A stretch of 64,000 nucleotides of DNA from assembly GCA_016198755.1 (NCBI GenBank), contig JACQIB010000005.1, positions 191,271 through 255,270 of the forward strand, given 5' to 3'. Below are positions 1 through 8,488 of this stretch, piece after piece (the stretch's first letter is position 1; each line of letters opens with the position of its first letter). The translations under genes were made by a program, and so were the position numbers. The DNA comes from Candidatus Aenigmatarchaeota archaeon (GTDB taxonomy: Archaea; Aenigmatarchaeota; Aenigmatarchaeia; Aenigmatarchaeales; JACQIB01). Below the pieces are notes generated by a model that was given only the letters and a program-made list of their open reading frames with translations, did not search any database and was not told where the DNA came from.

Positions 1-265
1 GTAAGGTTGCAGCTGCTTTAACTGTTATTGGACCGCGCTCCAGCTTGTAAAGCTTGAACTGTGCTTTTAGCAAACGAACCATTGCAAGTGCATCCCCAAC
101 AGAACCTGCTATTGTCAAAGCCAAGTGATCATCCAGTGGGTAAACCTTTCTAGCTAGTTTTGAGTCTACCATGTACCCCATTGTACTTTTCTTCTCTGCT
201 GCAACAATAACAGCATCCTTGGCTATAATCCCGACTGTTGTTGTTCCTGTCTCTTTTGTTTCCAT
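1..265 (-). CDS. psmB: Proteasome subunit beta (5' part; runs off window)
   Basis: Manual translation METKETG|TTTVGIIAKDAVIVAAEKKSTMG...TIAGSVGDA; propeptide followed by catalytic Thr; GAGTGA RBS. Confidence 0.95.
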   Translation of the reverse strand, partial: METKETGTTTVGIIAKDAVIVAAEKKSTMGYMVDSKLARKVYPLDDHLALTIAGSVGDALAMVRLLKAQFKLYKLERGPITVKAAATL

Positions 266-345
266 TAAATCACTCAGAAGTTCTTTTTTACTTTATCCCC
301 AGACCTATTTAAAGCTTTCCCAAAAGAGGAGCTATCTTTGGTGGT

Positions 346-1056
346 TTATGCTGAGTTGGAAGGTGGGGATGTGTTGAGAGGCGGATCCAGGTCTACCACA
401 TCTGCCACAACCGCACGGGCTGTTATTGGTATGTATCCGGCAGGCCATCTTTCATAAACTTCCATTCTGCCTTTTGGGTCAATAATTATGTTAAGGGGCT
501 GGTTGTCTTCTATAACGCGGTCAGGCTCCTCTTGCACTCTTACATATCCCATCATATTGTCATATTCTGTTTGTACAGCAGCTCTGGGATCTTGATCTGT
601 AAACCTGTATACATAATAGGATGGTTCCCCGTTTGTATTGAGAACATAGCATCCTAAAATAGATCCAGCTGTGATAATTTCATCAGCTCCCTTTTTAGTT
701 TGACCAAATATTCTCCTCCAGCCCTGCTGCGCGCGCTGCCTGCTTGTTGCAAATCGTTTTAAAACTTCAGCAACATCCTGCGAAACAAACAGTCTTGGTT
801 CCAGCTGTGAAAGATGTTGAGGCGGCCGCCAGTTTTTGCTGCCACCGCCCAGTTCAGCAATAGCCTGCTCTATTGCTTCGTTGGATTCATACGCAAGCTT
901 CTTCTGAAGTTCTCTCTGTCTCACAACTTCTGGAGACGCAAATATTGCCTCACGGAGTGTGAGAGCTGCATCAAAATAAGTTACTCTGGGCGGTGCAAAG
1001 GCTCCTGTGATTTCCTCAAATACAAAATCTCCGCTTGAAGCTTCCATGCAAATCAT
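346..1056 (-). CDS. Hypothetical protein
   Basis: 236-aa ORF, no recognised motif. Confidence 0.6.
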   Translation of the reverse strand: MICMEASSGDFVFEEITGAFAPPRVTYFDAALTLREAIFASPEVVRQRELQKKLAYESNEAIEQAIAELGGGSKNWRPPQHLSQLEPRLFVSQDVAEVLKRFATSRQRAQQGWRRIFGQTKKGADEIITAGSILGCYVLNTNGEPSYYVYRFTDQDPRAAVQTEYDNMMGYVRVQEEPDRVIEDNQPLNIIIDPKGRMEVYERWPAGYIPITARAVVADVVDLDPPLNTSPPSNSA

Positions 1057-1136
1057 AGGGTATTAAAGAATTAAATAGTTGAGGGAGACGATATCACGAA
1101 CAACTTAATAGGCAATTTTATTCTGTTTAAAAAACA

Positions 1137-1973
1137 TTAAACCCATGTAAAGGAAAGCGGGGAATTGCCTGAGGAAATAGTGAGCTTTACCTGTCCGGTT
1201 TCTCCTTTAATCTCGGGGAAGAAAAGTTTTCCAGTTATGTGATGGCCTCCTGGTGGGGAACCTTCCCAGCGCAGAGGTGTATATTTATTCCCTTTATTGT
1301 CCTCAAGAACAGAATTTTTAGAAAAGTCTGAATCAAGGGAACCTGAGTGTGTGTTTACTGAAACTGAAAACACGGGGGGTTCAAGAGAAATAGGTGTGAT
1401 ATCATAGGATATGCTGTTTTGGCTTTCTGTAATGGTTTTAAAGGATGTTGTGGATGGGACAAAAGTGAGTAAAATAAAGGATAGGACAATAACTGCTGGC
1501 GAGAGCATTAAAATATGGTCTCTTACAGCTTTTATGTTGTATTTTGATATAGGTTTGATAAAATCTGGAAGGGAAGAATGTTTCTTAGCTATGCTTAGGA
1601 AATGCATTATTCCGACTGCATTGGAAAGTATTCCTATTATAAGGAAAAGGGGCTGATAGTTTGAAAAAAACAGAGTTGCACCGGAAAGTCCGGCTATTGG
1701 AAGAACATCAGCAATATGATGAGCGCAGCAGGCTGCCATTGAACCTGTTGAGACTCCTCCGGTAGCTGCAATGCCTGCAACCGCTTTTTGTCTAATATAG
1801 GAAAACAAGTAGACTTGAAAGCCAAAACCTGTGATAAGAGGGAGCATAAGGTACCACAGGGAAAGGAAGCTTTCTAGAGCATGTTCAAAGCCCTGTGCTA
1901 TCGAAACAATTAAAAAATAGCTGCCTATAAGGGATAGGCTGGCCACAACTCCGTAAACCTGCTCTTTTCTCAT
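1137..1973 (-). CDS. Membrane protein with CCAHH motif and C-terminal His-containing soluble domain (putative metal transport/binding)
   Basis: Several TM segments; STGSMAACCAHH; NTHSG...WEGSPPGGHH. Confidence 0.65.
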   Translation of the reverse strand: MRKEQVYGVVASLSLIGSYFLIVSIAQGFEHALESFLSLWYLMLPLITGFGFQVYLFSYIRQKAVAGIAATGGVSTGSMAACCAHHIADVLPIAGLSGATLFFSNYQPLFLIIGILSNAVGIMHFLSIAKKHSSLPDFIKPISKYNIKAVRDHILMLSPAVIVLSFILLTFVPSTTSFKTITESQNSISYDITPISLEPPVFSVSVNTHSGSLDSDFSKNSVLEDNKGNKYTPLRWEGSPPGGHHITGKLFFPEIKGETGQVKLTISSGNSPLSFTWV

Positions 1974-2197
1974 TATCTCCCCTTTTTCTTTATATTGTCT
2001 ACAAGGTTGCTGTGCATTGCATAGATCAGGAAAAATATTGCAAAAATTCCTGCTACCATTGCATCATAAAGGAATAACTCAGGCTGGATTAGGAATGGCT
2101 TTGTGCCTGTTGCCATAGCTGTCCATGCAAAACCATATGCTATCAAACCACAGATTACAAATATCCAAGATATTATGCCCCATAAATTGGCTTTCAT
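1973..2197 (-). CDS. Small 2-TM membrane protein
   Basis: GGAGGTGA RBS; stop/start overlap with downstream gene. Confidence 0.75.
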   Translation of the reverse strand: MKANLWGIISWIFVICGLIAYGFAWTAMATGTKPFLIQPELFLYDAMVAGIFAIFFLIYAMHSNLVDNIKKKGR

Positions 2198-2208
2198 TTT
2201 ATCACCTC

Positions 2209-2691
2209 CTATTCTTTGCAGCAGTCAACTATTTTTTTTACTATTTCAGAAAACTTGCCAAGTTTACTCCCCTCCAAATCATCTCCTTTAAGCTCTTTCA
2301 TTTCCACAATTTTCATGTTTATTGCAAAAAACAGGGAAAATAAATTGAAAGCAAAAGAAAACATTCTTTCAGCCTCAGCCCTGTTTTTTTGTAACTCCTT
2401 TGTGCCAACTTCCACCAACCTCATGGAAGCTGCAAGCAGGTGTTTGGAAATGCACCACTCCTCACCCTTTGGGTCGGAAACTATCTTTTTCATCAGGGTT
2501 TTCCTCATTTCCCTTGTTGAGTAAAGCATATCCAGATAAGACTGGTTTTGTGTTTTCATTGCAGTAAAATAGAAATGCTCCTCCAGACTAATCAAATTCA
2601 TTAAGGCTATGCTTAGGTCCTCGTCTCTCGAGAGATCTGCGGAACCTTTTTTTGTTTCTTCTATTTTATTTAGCCAAAGGTTCTCGTCCAA
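2209..2691 (-). CDS. Helical hypothetical protein with C-terminal CC motif
   Basis: TTG start after GGGGTGA; LEEH, WCISKH, ends VDCCKE. Confidence 0.7.
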   Translation of the reverse strand: MDENLWLNKIEETKKGSADLSRDEDLSIALMNLISLEEHFYFTAMKTQNQSYLDMLYSTREMRKTLMKKIVSDPKGEEWCISKHLLAASMRLVEVGTKELQKNRAEAERMFSFAFNLFSLFFAINMKIVEMKELKGDDLEGSKLGKFSEIVKKIVDCCKE

Positions 2692-2695
2692 AATA

Positions 2696-3241
2696 TCACC
2701 CCAGTGCAAGCTGGAAAACAACGCTTGCAGCCGCTAATACTCCAACAGTAAGCAAAACTCCCTGGAAAGGGAATAAAACCTTTCCATATAGCTCCTTTAT
2801 TTTTAAGTGGAGCTTGAAAGCAAACAATGTTATTCCTACTCCAAAAACAGAACCGAAAAGGAGCTTGTCTACCCAGTAAATTTTGTTGAATACAGAACCT
2901 ATTTCTCCGAAAAGCTTTACTGGTATGTAAACATTCTCCTGCACACCAACAAGCAGGATAGAAGGTATGACTGTCAGTGCATAGGAAAGTATAAGTATAA
3001 TCGGGAGCTGATATCTGAAATATTCTTTTTTTATCAATCTTGCAACCCATAAACCTGAGGAAATTGCAAGCGCACCTGCCAATAAACCAACAATAGTTAT
3101 ATCAAATCCGAAAATCTTCGCAGAAGCTACAGCCATTCCTACTGCACCAACGCATAGTGGGCAGTGTGCAAAAGCTGGTGCACCTGAAAGAATAAAAGCT
3201 AAAAAAGCTGGAATTGCAATAAGCATTTTCCTCATGTTCAC
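2696..3241 (-). CDS. Membrane protein with N-terminal HCPLC motif after signal peptide
   Basis: AFA|HCPLC followed by ~5 hydrophobic segments. Confidence 0.75.
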   Translation of the reverse strand: MNMRKMLIAIPAFLAFILSGAPAFAHCPLCVGAVGMAVASAKIFGFDITIVGLLAGALAISSGLWVARLIKKEYFRYQLPIILILSYALTVIPSILLVGVQENVYIPVKLFGEIGSVFNKIYWVDKLLFGSVFGVGITLFAFKLHLKIKELYGKVLFPFQGVLLTVGVLAAASVVFQLALG

Positions 3242-3723
3242 AGCCTCATAAACAAGCCCTGAACCTGCCCATCTGAAACAGAATAAATTTCAAGGGGCTG
3301 GCTCTTGTAACCTGGCATTCCAGGAGAACCCGAAGGCATTCCGGGAAGGGCTATACCGTCTATTTTTGGCTTTTCTTCCAGCAGTTTCTTTATTGCCTCT
3401 GCAGGAATATGTCCTTCAATAAAATAACCTCCTATCTTTGTTGTATGGCAGGTGCGGAGGTTGGATGGTATGTTTAGCTCATTGTTTATCTGGTCTGTGG
3501 TTTGAACCTGTACAGGTTTAACTGGCACTCCAGAATCCCTTAGGTAGCCAATATAGTTACCGCAGCAACCGCAGCTCTGTGAATAATAGACCTCGGCAGG
3601 GTTGCCCGCAAAAACAGACTGAGTTGCAGTTGCTTGGGCCGTTGAATTAGAGAAGGAAAAGGCAAAAAACAGACCTGCACCAACCAGCACCACTAATGTT
3701 ACTATAGCCCACAGCCACTTCAT
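3238..3723 (-). CDS. DUF411 (CopG-like) metal-binding protein
   Basis: SCGCC...CHT...YFIEGHIP...LPGMPSGSPGM signature. Confidence 0.9.
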   Translation of the reverse strand: MKWLWAIVTLVVLVGAGLFFAFSFSNSTAQATATQSVFAGNPAEVYYSQSCGCCGNYIGYLRDSGVPVKPVQVQTTDQINNELNIPSNLRTCHTTKIGGYFIEGHIPAEAIKKLLEEKPKIDGIALPGMPSGSPGMPGYKSQPLEIYSVSDGQVQGLFMRL

Positions 3724-3724
3724 T

Positions 3725-3985
3725 TTAACATCCCCCAACCATTTGTGAACCTGTACCCTGAGACTGTGCAGCAACCTGATCTGGATGCATTCTTGCCATC
3801 ATATCAGTGTAACTTTCTGCTCCAGCAGACTGTACAGAACTTCCAGCTAAAACATTGCCTGTTGGACCAGATTTCTTCAGCTCAATTATTTGAAAGGATT
3901 GGAACATTGATATAACTAAAAGGAGTACAACCATTGAAAGGGTTATGTAAATCTTCCAGTTAGCTTTTGATAATTCCTCTCCCAT
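3725..3985 (-). CDS. Membrane-anchored small protein ending MVGGC
   Basis: N-terminal TM; MMARMHP; C-terminal MVGGC. Confidence 0.75.
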   Translation of the reverse strand: MGEELSKANWKIYITLSMVVLLLVISMFQSFQIIELKKSGPTGNVLAGSSVQSAGAESYTDMMARMHPDQVAAQSQGTGSQMVGGC

Positions 3986-3987
3986 TT

Positions 3988-4689
3988 TTAACACCCCCCC
4001 ACCATGCTTGAACCACCAGTGCCTTTCTCTATTCCCCTATACTTGTTAGAAGCAAGGTTAATGTAATTTAGCTCAATTCCCTTGTCTTTCAGTATTTTTG
4101 CCTTTGCAGCTGTTGGTCCTGGGAAAAACAGAGTTTTCCACTTTCCTAACTCATCAAGTATCTGGTCATTTGTATACTCGCTCCCGTGATTCTTTAACAG
4201 GTATTTTGCCAACCCTCTCATAGCATAGCTGTGTGCGCATCCGCAAGCTGCATTACCGTTTGGAAAAATAATGGAAGCTGCTCCACAACAATATTCACAG
4301 CTTATCCTGCCTGCGATGTCTATATACCTTGTCATTTCTTCTGCACTGAGCGTTATCTGATCATCAAGAACACCAAGCTTGTTTATTGTTGCATCGGCCT
4401 TTTGGGGGTTTGTTACAGAAACATCATCAAAGCTCACCTTCAGCTCTTCTCCATATATAGAAGGAACCCCTTTTGGAGCTACATCTATTCCAGATACTTG
4501 GGACTGCTGTATTTGGGTAGTTGAAACTACCGAAGATATTACATTTCCTGTAACCGTATTAGATACGGAAGCTGTAGCCAAGCTGTTCTTTTCTCCTACA
4601 AGGCTGTTTATTTGCATGGTGTTGAACCCAACTATAAACAGGGCAGCTATCATAAGCCCAAAGCTTATCCTTTCCAATTCTTCTGACAT
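3988..4689 (-). CDS. Membrane-anchored Cys-rich protein (CEYCC/CGCxH) ending MVGGC
   Basis: ISCEYCCG...AACGCAHS; resembles PCYCGC-type proteins. Confidence 0.75.
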   Translation of the reverse strand: MSEELERISFGLMIAALFIVGFNTMQINSLVGEKNSLATASVSNTVTGNVISSVVSTTQIQQSQVSGIDVAPKGVPSIYGEELKVSFDDVSVTNPQKADATINKLGVLDDQITLSAEEMTRYIDIAGRISCEYCCGAASIIFPNGNAACGCAHSYAMRGLAKYLLKNHGSEYTNDQILDELGKWKTLFFPGPTAAKAKILKDKGIELNYINLASNKYRGIEKGTGGSSMVGGC

Positions 4690-4745
4690 GAAACCCTATG
4701 AAAAGAAACAGTGTATATACCTACTACTGAAACTGGTTTCATTAC

Positions 4746-5237
4746 CTATTTCAGTACAATAATGTTAGTCATTCCCCTTCTCTTTCTCTCTAAAATATCC
4801 TTTAGCTCAAGCCTGTCAAGTATCCTTGTGACTTTTACCTTGCCAAACCCTGTATCAGCTATTATATCTGTCTGGAAGGCTGAACCGCCTTTATTTTTTA
4901 TAGTGTTATATACCTTTTTTTCCTCGTCTGCAAGTATAGAAAGGTCAAATAGTTTGAATTCTTTCTTCTCTGAGCCAATAGAAATTTTTGGCATAAATAC
5001 CATATAACCTCCTAAACCGAGCACAAGAAAACCAACACCAAATGAAGAAAGTATAAACCATGAGGCATTGCTTGTATGCACTGGGCAAGTTTTCATATCT
5101 AGGTTGTTCTTCTGGTACTGATCACACAAGAGTCCTGACTGGAAGTCATAGTCAAGCTTTACAAATGTAAGTACAAAGAGCAGGATTATGGAAAATCCTA
5201 TAAGCAACGATCCCAGAGTTTTGGAGTTTACATCCAT
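4746..5237 (-). CDS. Membrane-tethered winged-HTH transcriptional regulator (COG2512-like)
   Basis: 2 TM flanking a C-x11-CPVH loop; C-terminal FQTDI...GFGKVKVTRILDRLE...ERKRRGMTN. Confidence 0.85.
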   Translation of the reverse strand: MDVNSKTLGSLLIGFSIILLFVLTFVKLDYDFQSGLLCDQYQKNNLDMKTCPVHTSNASWFILSSFGVGFLVLGLGGYMVFMPKISIGSEKKEFKLFDLSILADEEKKVYNTIKNKGGSAFQTDIIADTGFGKVKVTRILDRLELKDILERKRRGMTNIIVLK

Positions 5238-5244
5238 GGTTCTT

Positions 5245-5282
5245 AGTGTATATAGAATGCTTTTAAAGGTATAGTATACACT
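5245..5282. promoter_or_regulatory. Inverted repeat AGTGTATA-N22-TATACACT around regulator promoter
   Basis: Seen directly; AGTGTATATA also at 4710-4719. Confidence 0.45.
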
Positions 5283-5331
5283 TGGGAAGTGGCCTTATAA
5301 TTTGGACCTTAAGTGTCGAAATACTTGCTGT

Positions 5332-6774
5332 TTAGTAAGAACGCGCAACATAAACCTTTTGAACTGCCTTTTTTCCGCATACAGCACACTCACCCTTTGC
5401 AGGTTCTTTCTTTCCTACTATAGTTCCTCTTACCTCAGCACCTGCATCTTCCTTTATTTTCTTTGCACAGCTCTCATTACCGCAGAAGTCTATATGCACA
5501 AACCCGCCTTTCTCTTCCAGAGCTTTTTTCAGTTCTTTCAATGTCTTTGCTGGTGTAATCTTTAGCAGTGCGTCAGCCCTTTTCTTGAGCTGGAAACCAA
5601 TACTATCCAAAACTTCCAATGCCTGCTCTTCCAGCTTTTCTTCTGCTATTGATGTTCTCTCTAAAAAGTCCCTGCGCGTTAGAACCACCTGTCCCTTTTC
5701 CAGATCCCTAGGTCCAATCTCTATTCTCAATGGAACTCCTTTCAGCTCCCATTCATGGAACTTGAACCCAGGAGTTTTCCCTTCCCTATCATCCAGAATA
5801 ACCCTGAGGTTCTTCCCCTCTAATCTACCTAAAATCTCTCCAGCTTTCTCCATAACCTTTGTTTTAGTCTCTGCTGTGTAAATTGGAACAATAACAATCT
5901 GTGTTGGAGCAACTGCAGGAGGCAAAATCAACCCTTTGTCATCCCCGTGTATTGCAACCAAAGCTCCCATTATTCTGGAAATTCCAATACCGAATGTGGT
6001 TTGGTTTACATAGATTTTCTTTCCGTTCTGGTCCATATACTTTATATCAAAAGGCTTTGAGAATTTCTCACCTAAATTATGCGTTGTGCCTATCTGCAAT
6101 ACTTTCCCATCAGGCAGTACCACATCATATGCAGATGTCTTCTCTGCACCTGCAAACTTATCCCATTCAGGGCGCTGGCAAAGAAGGAAAGGTAAACAGA
6201 GAGAACTTAGCCCTTTTTCAAAAATACCCATATCTTCTTCCACCTGCTTATCAGCATCATCGAATGTCTTCTGGGCTGTGTGCGCTTCTATCCAGAAAAA
6301 CTCTCTTCCCCTTATAAGGGGTTTTGTCATTTTAGTTTCAGCCCTATAGACAGAGACAGCTTGGTAAAGCTTGAAAGGAAGCTGGGTATGGGAACGGAGC
6401 CAGACAGAATACATGGGATAGAACGCTGTTTCTGACGTCGGGCGAAGACAGAGCCTTTCTTCCAGCTTGTGTTTTCCCCCATGGGTAACCCAGAAAACCT
6501 CATCCTCAAATCCTTTTATATGCTCGGCTTCCTTGTTTAAGTTCTTCTCAGGTATAACAACAGGAAAAATCACTGCTTTGTGCCCTGTTTTTTGCAGCCC
6601 TTCCTCAAAGATATCCTGCATCCTGCGCAGCAAGAATGTTCCTGTTGGCATGTAAATTACAAACCCTTTTACTCCATACCTTTCATCTAAAACCTCTGAT
6701 TTCTGCAACACTTCCAAGTACCATTTACTAAAGTCATCTGCTTTCTTAACCGTTAAACCCATTTCTTCGCTCAT
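5332..6774 (-). CDS. proS: Prolyl-tRNA synthetase (archaeal/eukaryotic type)
   Basis: LRPTSET, REFFWIEAHT, QIGTTHNLG, C-terminal ARSY. Confidence 0.97.
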   Translation of the reverse strand: MSEEMGLTVKKADDFSKWYLEVLQKSEVLDERYGVKGFVIYMPTGTFLLRRMQDIFEEGLQKTGHKAVIFPVVIPEKNLNKEAEHIKGFEDEVFWVTHGGKHKLEERLCLRPTSETAFYPMYSVWLRSHTQLPFKLYQAVSVYRAETKMTKPLIRGREFFWIEAHTAQKTFDDADKQVEEDMGIFEKGLSSLCLPFLLCQRPEWDKFAGAEKTSAYDVVLPDGKVLQIGTTHNLGEKFSKPFDIKYMDQNGKKIYVNQTTFGIGISRIMGALVAIHGDDKGLILPPAVAPTQIVIVPIYTAETKTKVMEKAGEILGRLEGKNLRVILDDREGKTPGFKFHEWELKGVPLRIEIGPRDLEKGQVVLTRRDFLERTSIAEEKLEEQALEVLDSIGFQLKKRADALLKITPAKTLKELKKALEEKGGFVHIDFCGNESCAKKIKEDAGAEVRGTIVGKKEPAKGECAVCGKKAVQKVYVARSY

Positions 6775-7628
6775 GTTTTCTCACATCTTATTTCTAGGGG
6801 CTGGTTTATATTCATACCGCTTAAGCCCAGTTCTCTTGACCTCTTGGCTGCAGCATCTATTATTCCTGAAATTCCTTCCTTTATTCCATTGGTTTTGGCA
6901 AAAGAAATGCCAGCTTCTGTAGTGCCCCCCTTTGAGGCCACCTTATCTATAAATTCCGTGTAAGACAGACCATTAGCTTTCAAAAACTCTGCAGTACCTT
7001 CTACGGTCTTCGTCAATAAACTATGTGCTACCCTCTCTTGCAACCCCATCTTTATGGCTTTTTCTTCCATGCAGGAAAGGAAATAAGAAAAGAATGCTGG
7101 ACCTGAACCACTAAGGGCTGTTACAACATCCATATCACTCTCGTTAACTCTGTATGTTGGACCGCCAGCTTCAAGTATGTATCTTGCATTTTTCTCTTCA
7201 TTTTCACTACAATTTCCATTCAGGTAGTATGCACTAACTCCACATCCGTAAAAGAAGCCTATGTTAGGCATTGCTCTGCAAATTCTTGTTTGACTTCCAA
7301 GTTTCTGTTCAAAATAACTTGTCCTCTTTCCGGCAGCTATAGACAACACTAGCCTTTCTCCTAAATGAATTCCCGCTAAGCCTTCCATAACAGTATCCAG
7401 ACTCTGGGGTTTAACAGAAAAAACAACTACATCTGACTGTTCTGCAACCTTCCTGTTATCTGTAGTTGTTTCTATTTCATAGGTTTTATTAAGCCTTTCT
7501 AGCTGTTCAACACTCCTCCTACTAGCTACTATGTTACCATTGTAGCCGCGTACAAGCAGGGATTTTATCATGGCTTCTGCCATATTTCCCGCTCCTATGA
7601 ACCCTATAGTGCCTATACTACTTTCCAT
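6771..7628 (-). CDS. proC: Pyrroline-5-carboxylate reductase
   Basis: GFIGAGNMA, VKPQ, RAMPN, TALSGSGPA, SKGGTT. Confidence 0.95.
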   Translation of the reverse strand: MESSIGTIGFIGAGNMAEAMIKSLLVRGYNGNIVASRRSVEQLERLNKTYEIETTTDNRKVAEQSDVVVFSVKPQSLDTVMEGLAGIHLGERLVLSIAAGKRTSYFEQKLGSQTRICRAMPNIGFFYGCGVSAYYLNGNCSENEEKNARYILEAGGPTYRVNESDMDVVTALSGSGPAFFSYFLSCMEEKAIKMGLQERVAHSLLTKTVEGTAEFLKANGLSYTEFIDKVASKGGTTEAGISFAKTNGIKEGISGIIDAAAKRSRELGLSGMNINQPLEIRCEKT

Positions 7629-7935
7629 ATTTGTCACCCAGTAGAGCTATATAGAAACTGCCAAATTTGGTCAGGCTCGCTATAGAACCGTTGCCAAATT
7701 CTATCAGACCCAGATTACGCAGGATTTTGGAGTTATGTTTTAGAGTGGATAGGGAAATTCCATTTTCCTTCTCTGTTTTCCTGAGAAGGGAGCTTATTGT
7801 AAGGCTGTTGTTCAGGGAAACAGCAGAAAGTATAAGCTTTTGGTTGGTGTTTAGAGAACGGGCTAATAAAATCTTTAGCCCTGCATTGGTTGGCTGTGTA
7901 CCACCTTTAACACCTTTTAACAGTAGGAGAGTGAT
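7618..7935 (-). CDS. Winged-HTH protein lacking an in-frame ATG/GTG/TTG (frameshifted or non-canonical start)
   Basis: Manual translation ...LKILLARSLNTNQKLIL...TISSLLRKTEKENGISLSTLKHNSKILRNLGLIEF...SLTKFG; 3' end overlaps proC start. Confidence 0.65.
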   Translation of the reverse strand: MTLLLLKGVKGGTQPTNAGLKILLARSLNTNQKLILSAVSLNNSLTISSLLRKTEKENGISLSTLKHNSKILRNLGLIEFGNGSIASLTKFGSFYIALLGDKYGK

Positions 7936-7974
7936 TTATTTAAAAGCACTGGTCAGGTTAGATTGGCCAGAAAA

Positions 7975-8187
7975 TTATTTAGCCTTAAGCGGAAGCCTTA
8001 CGCTTACATCGGAAAGCTCTTTTGCAGGGATCCTTTTTGAAACATTGAGCATTTCTATCCCTAAAATTCTCCCCTTCGAATCCAAATCTATTAGTGTGTC
8101 GTCGTCTATTTTTTTGTTCTGGGCAAATTTGCCTTCTTGAAACTTTATGTATAGTGCATCTGCCTGTAGGTCAACGCTAATTTCCAT
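7975..8187 (-). CDS. DUF2283 family protein (putative antitoxin)
   Basis: D..ADALYIKF...DLD..GRILGIEML. Confidence 0.9.
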   Translation of the reverse strand: MEISVDLQADALYIKFQEGKFAQNKKIDDDTLIDLDSKGRILGIEMLNVSKRIPAKELSDVSVRLPLKAK

Positions 8188-8188
8188 T

Positions 8189-8410
8189 TCATTCACCCCA
8201 ATAAACAGTTATAACAACCACGTTATCATGTACCATTGTGTATACCACACTTATTACTTTATTGTTTTCCACCCTTTTAATAGCTTGCTTTCTGCCTTCT
8301 GTTAGCCCCATTATTTTGTCCGGGCTTTTAATAGCCTCTTCTATCCACACCTTCTTTATACCACGTTCTAAAGCCCTATACTCTGCATGCATAGAATAAA
8401 TGATTCCCAT
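8189..8410 (-). CDS. DUF4258 family protein (putative RelE-fold toxin)
   Basis: YSMHA..R..ERGI...VVVITVY; paired with DUF2283. Confidence 0.85.
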   Translation of the reverse strand: MGIIYSMHAEYRALERGIKKVWIEEAIKSPDKIMGLTEGRKQAIKRVENNKVISVVYTMVHDNVVVITVYWGE

Positions 8411-8488
8411 AAGGTTATTTTGTATAGTTTGTTAATAAACATTCCTCATTTCCATAGAGATTAATACTTTCTTGTCTATAGTTTCAGA

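Noticed and set aside
7667-8140. 157-aa plus-strand ORF
   Set aside because: Antisense shadow of the wHTH frame and the DUF2283 gene
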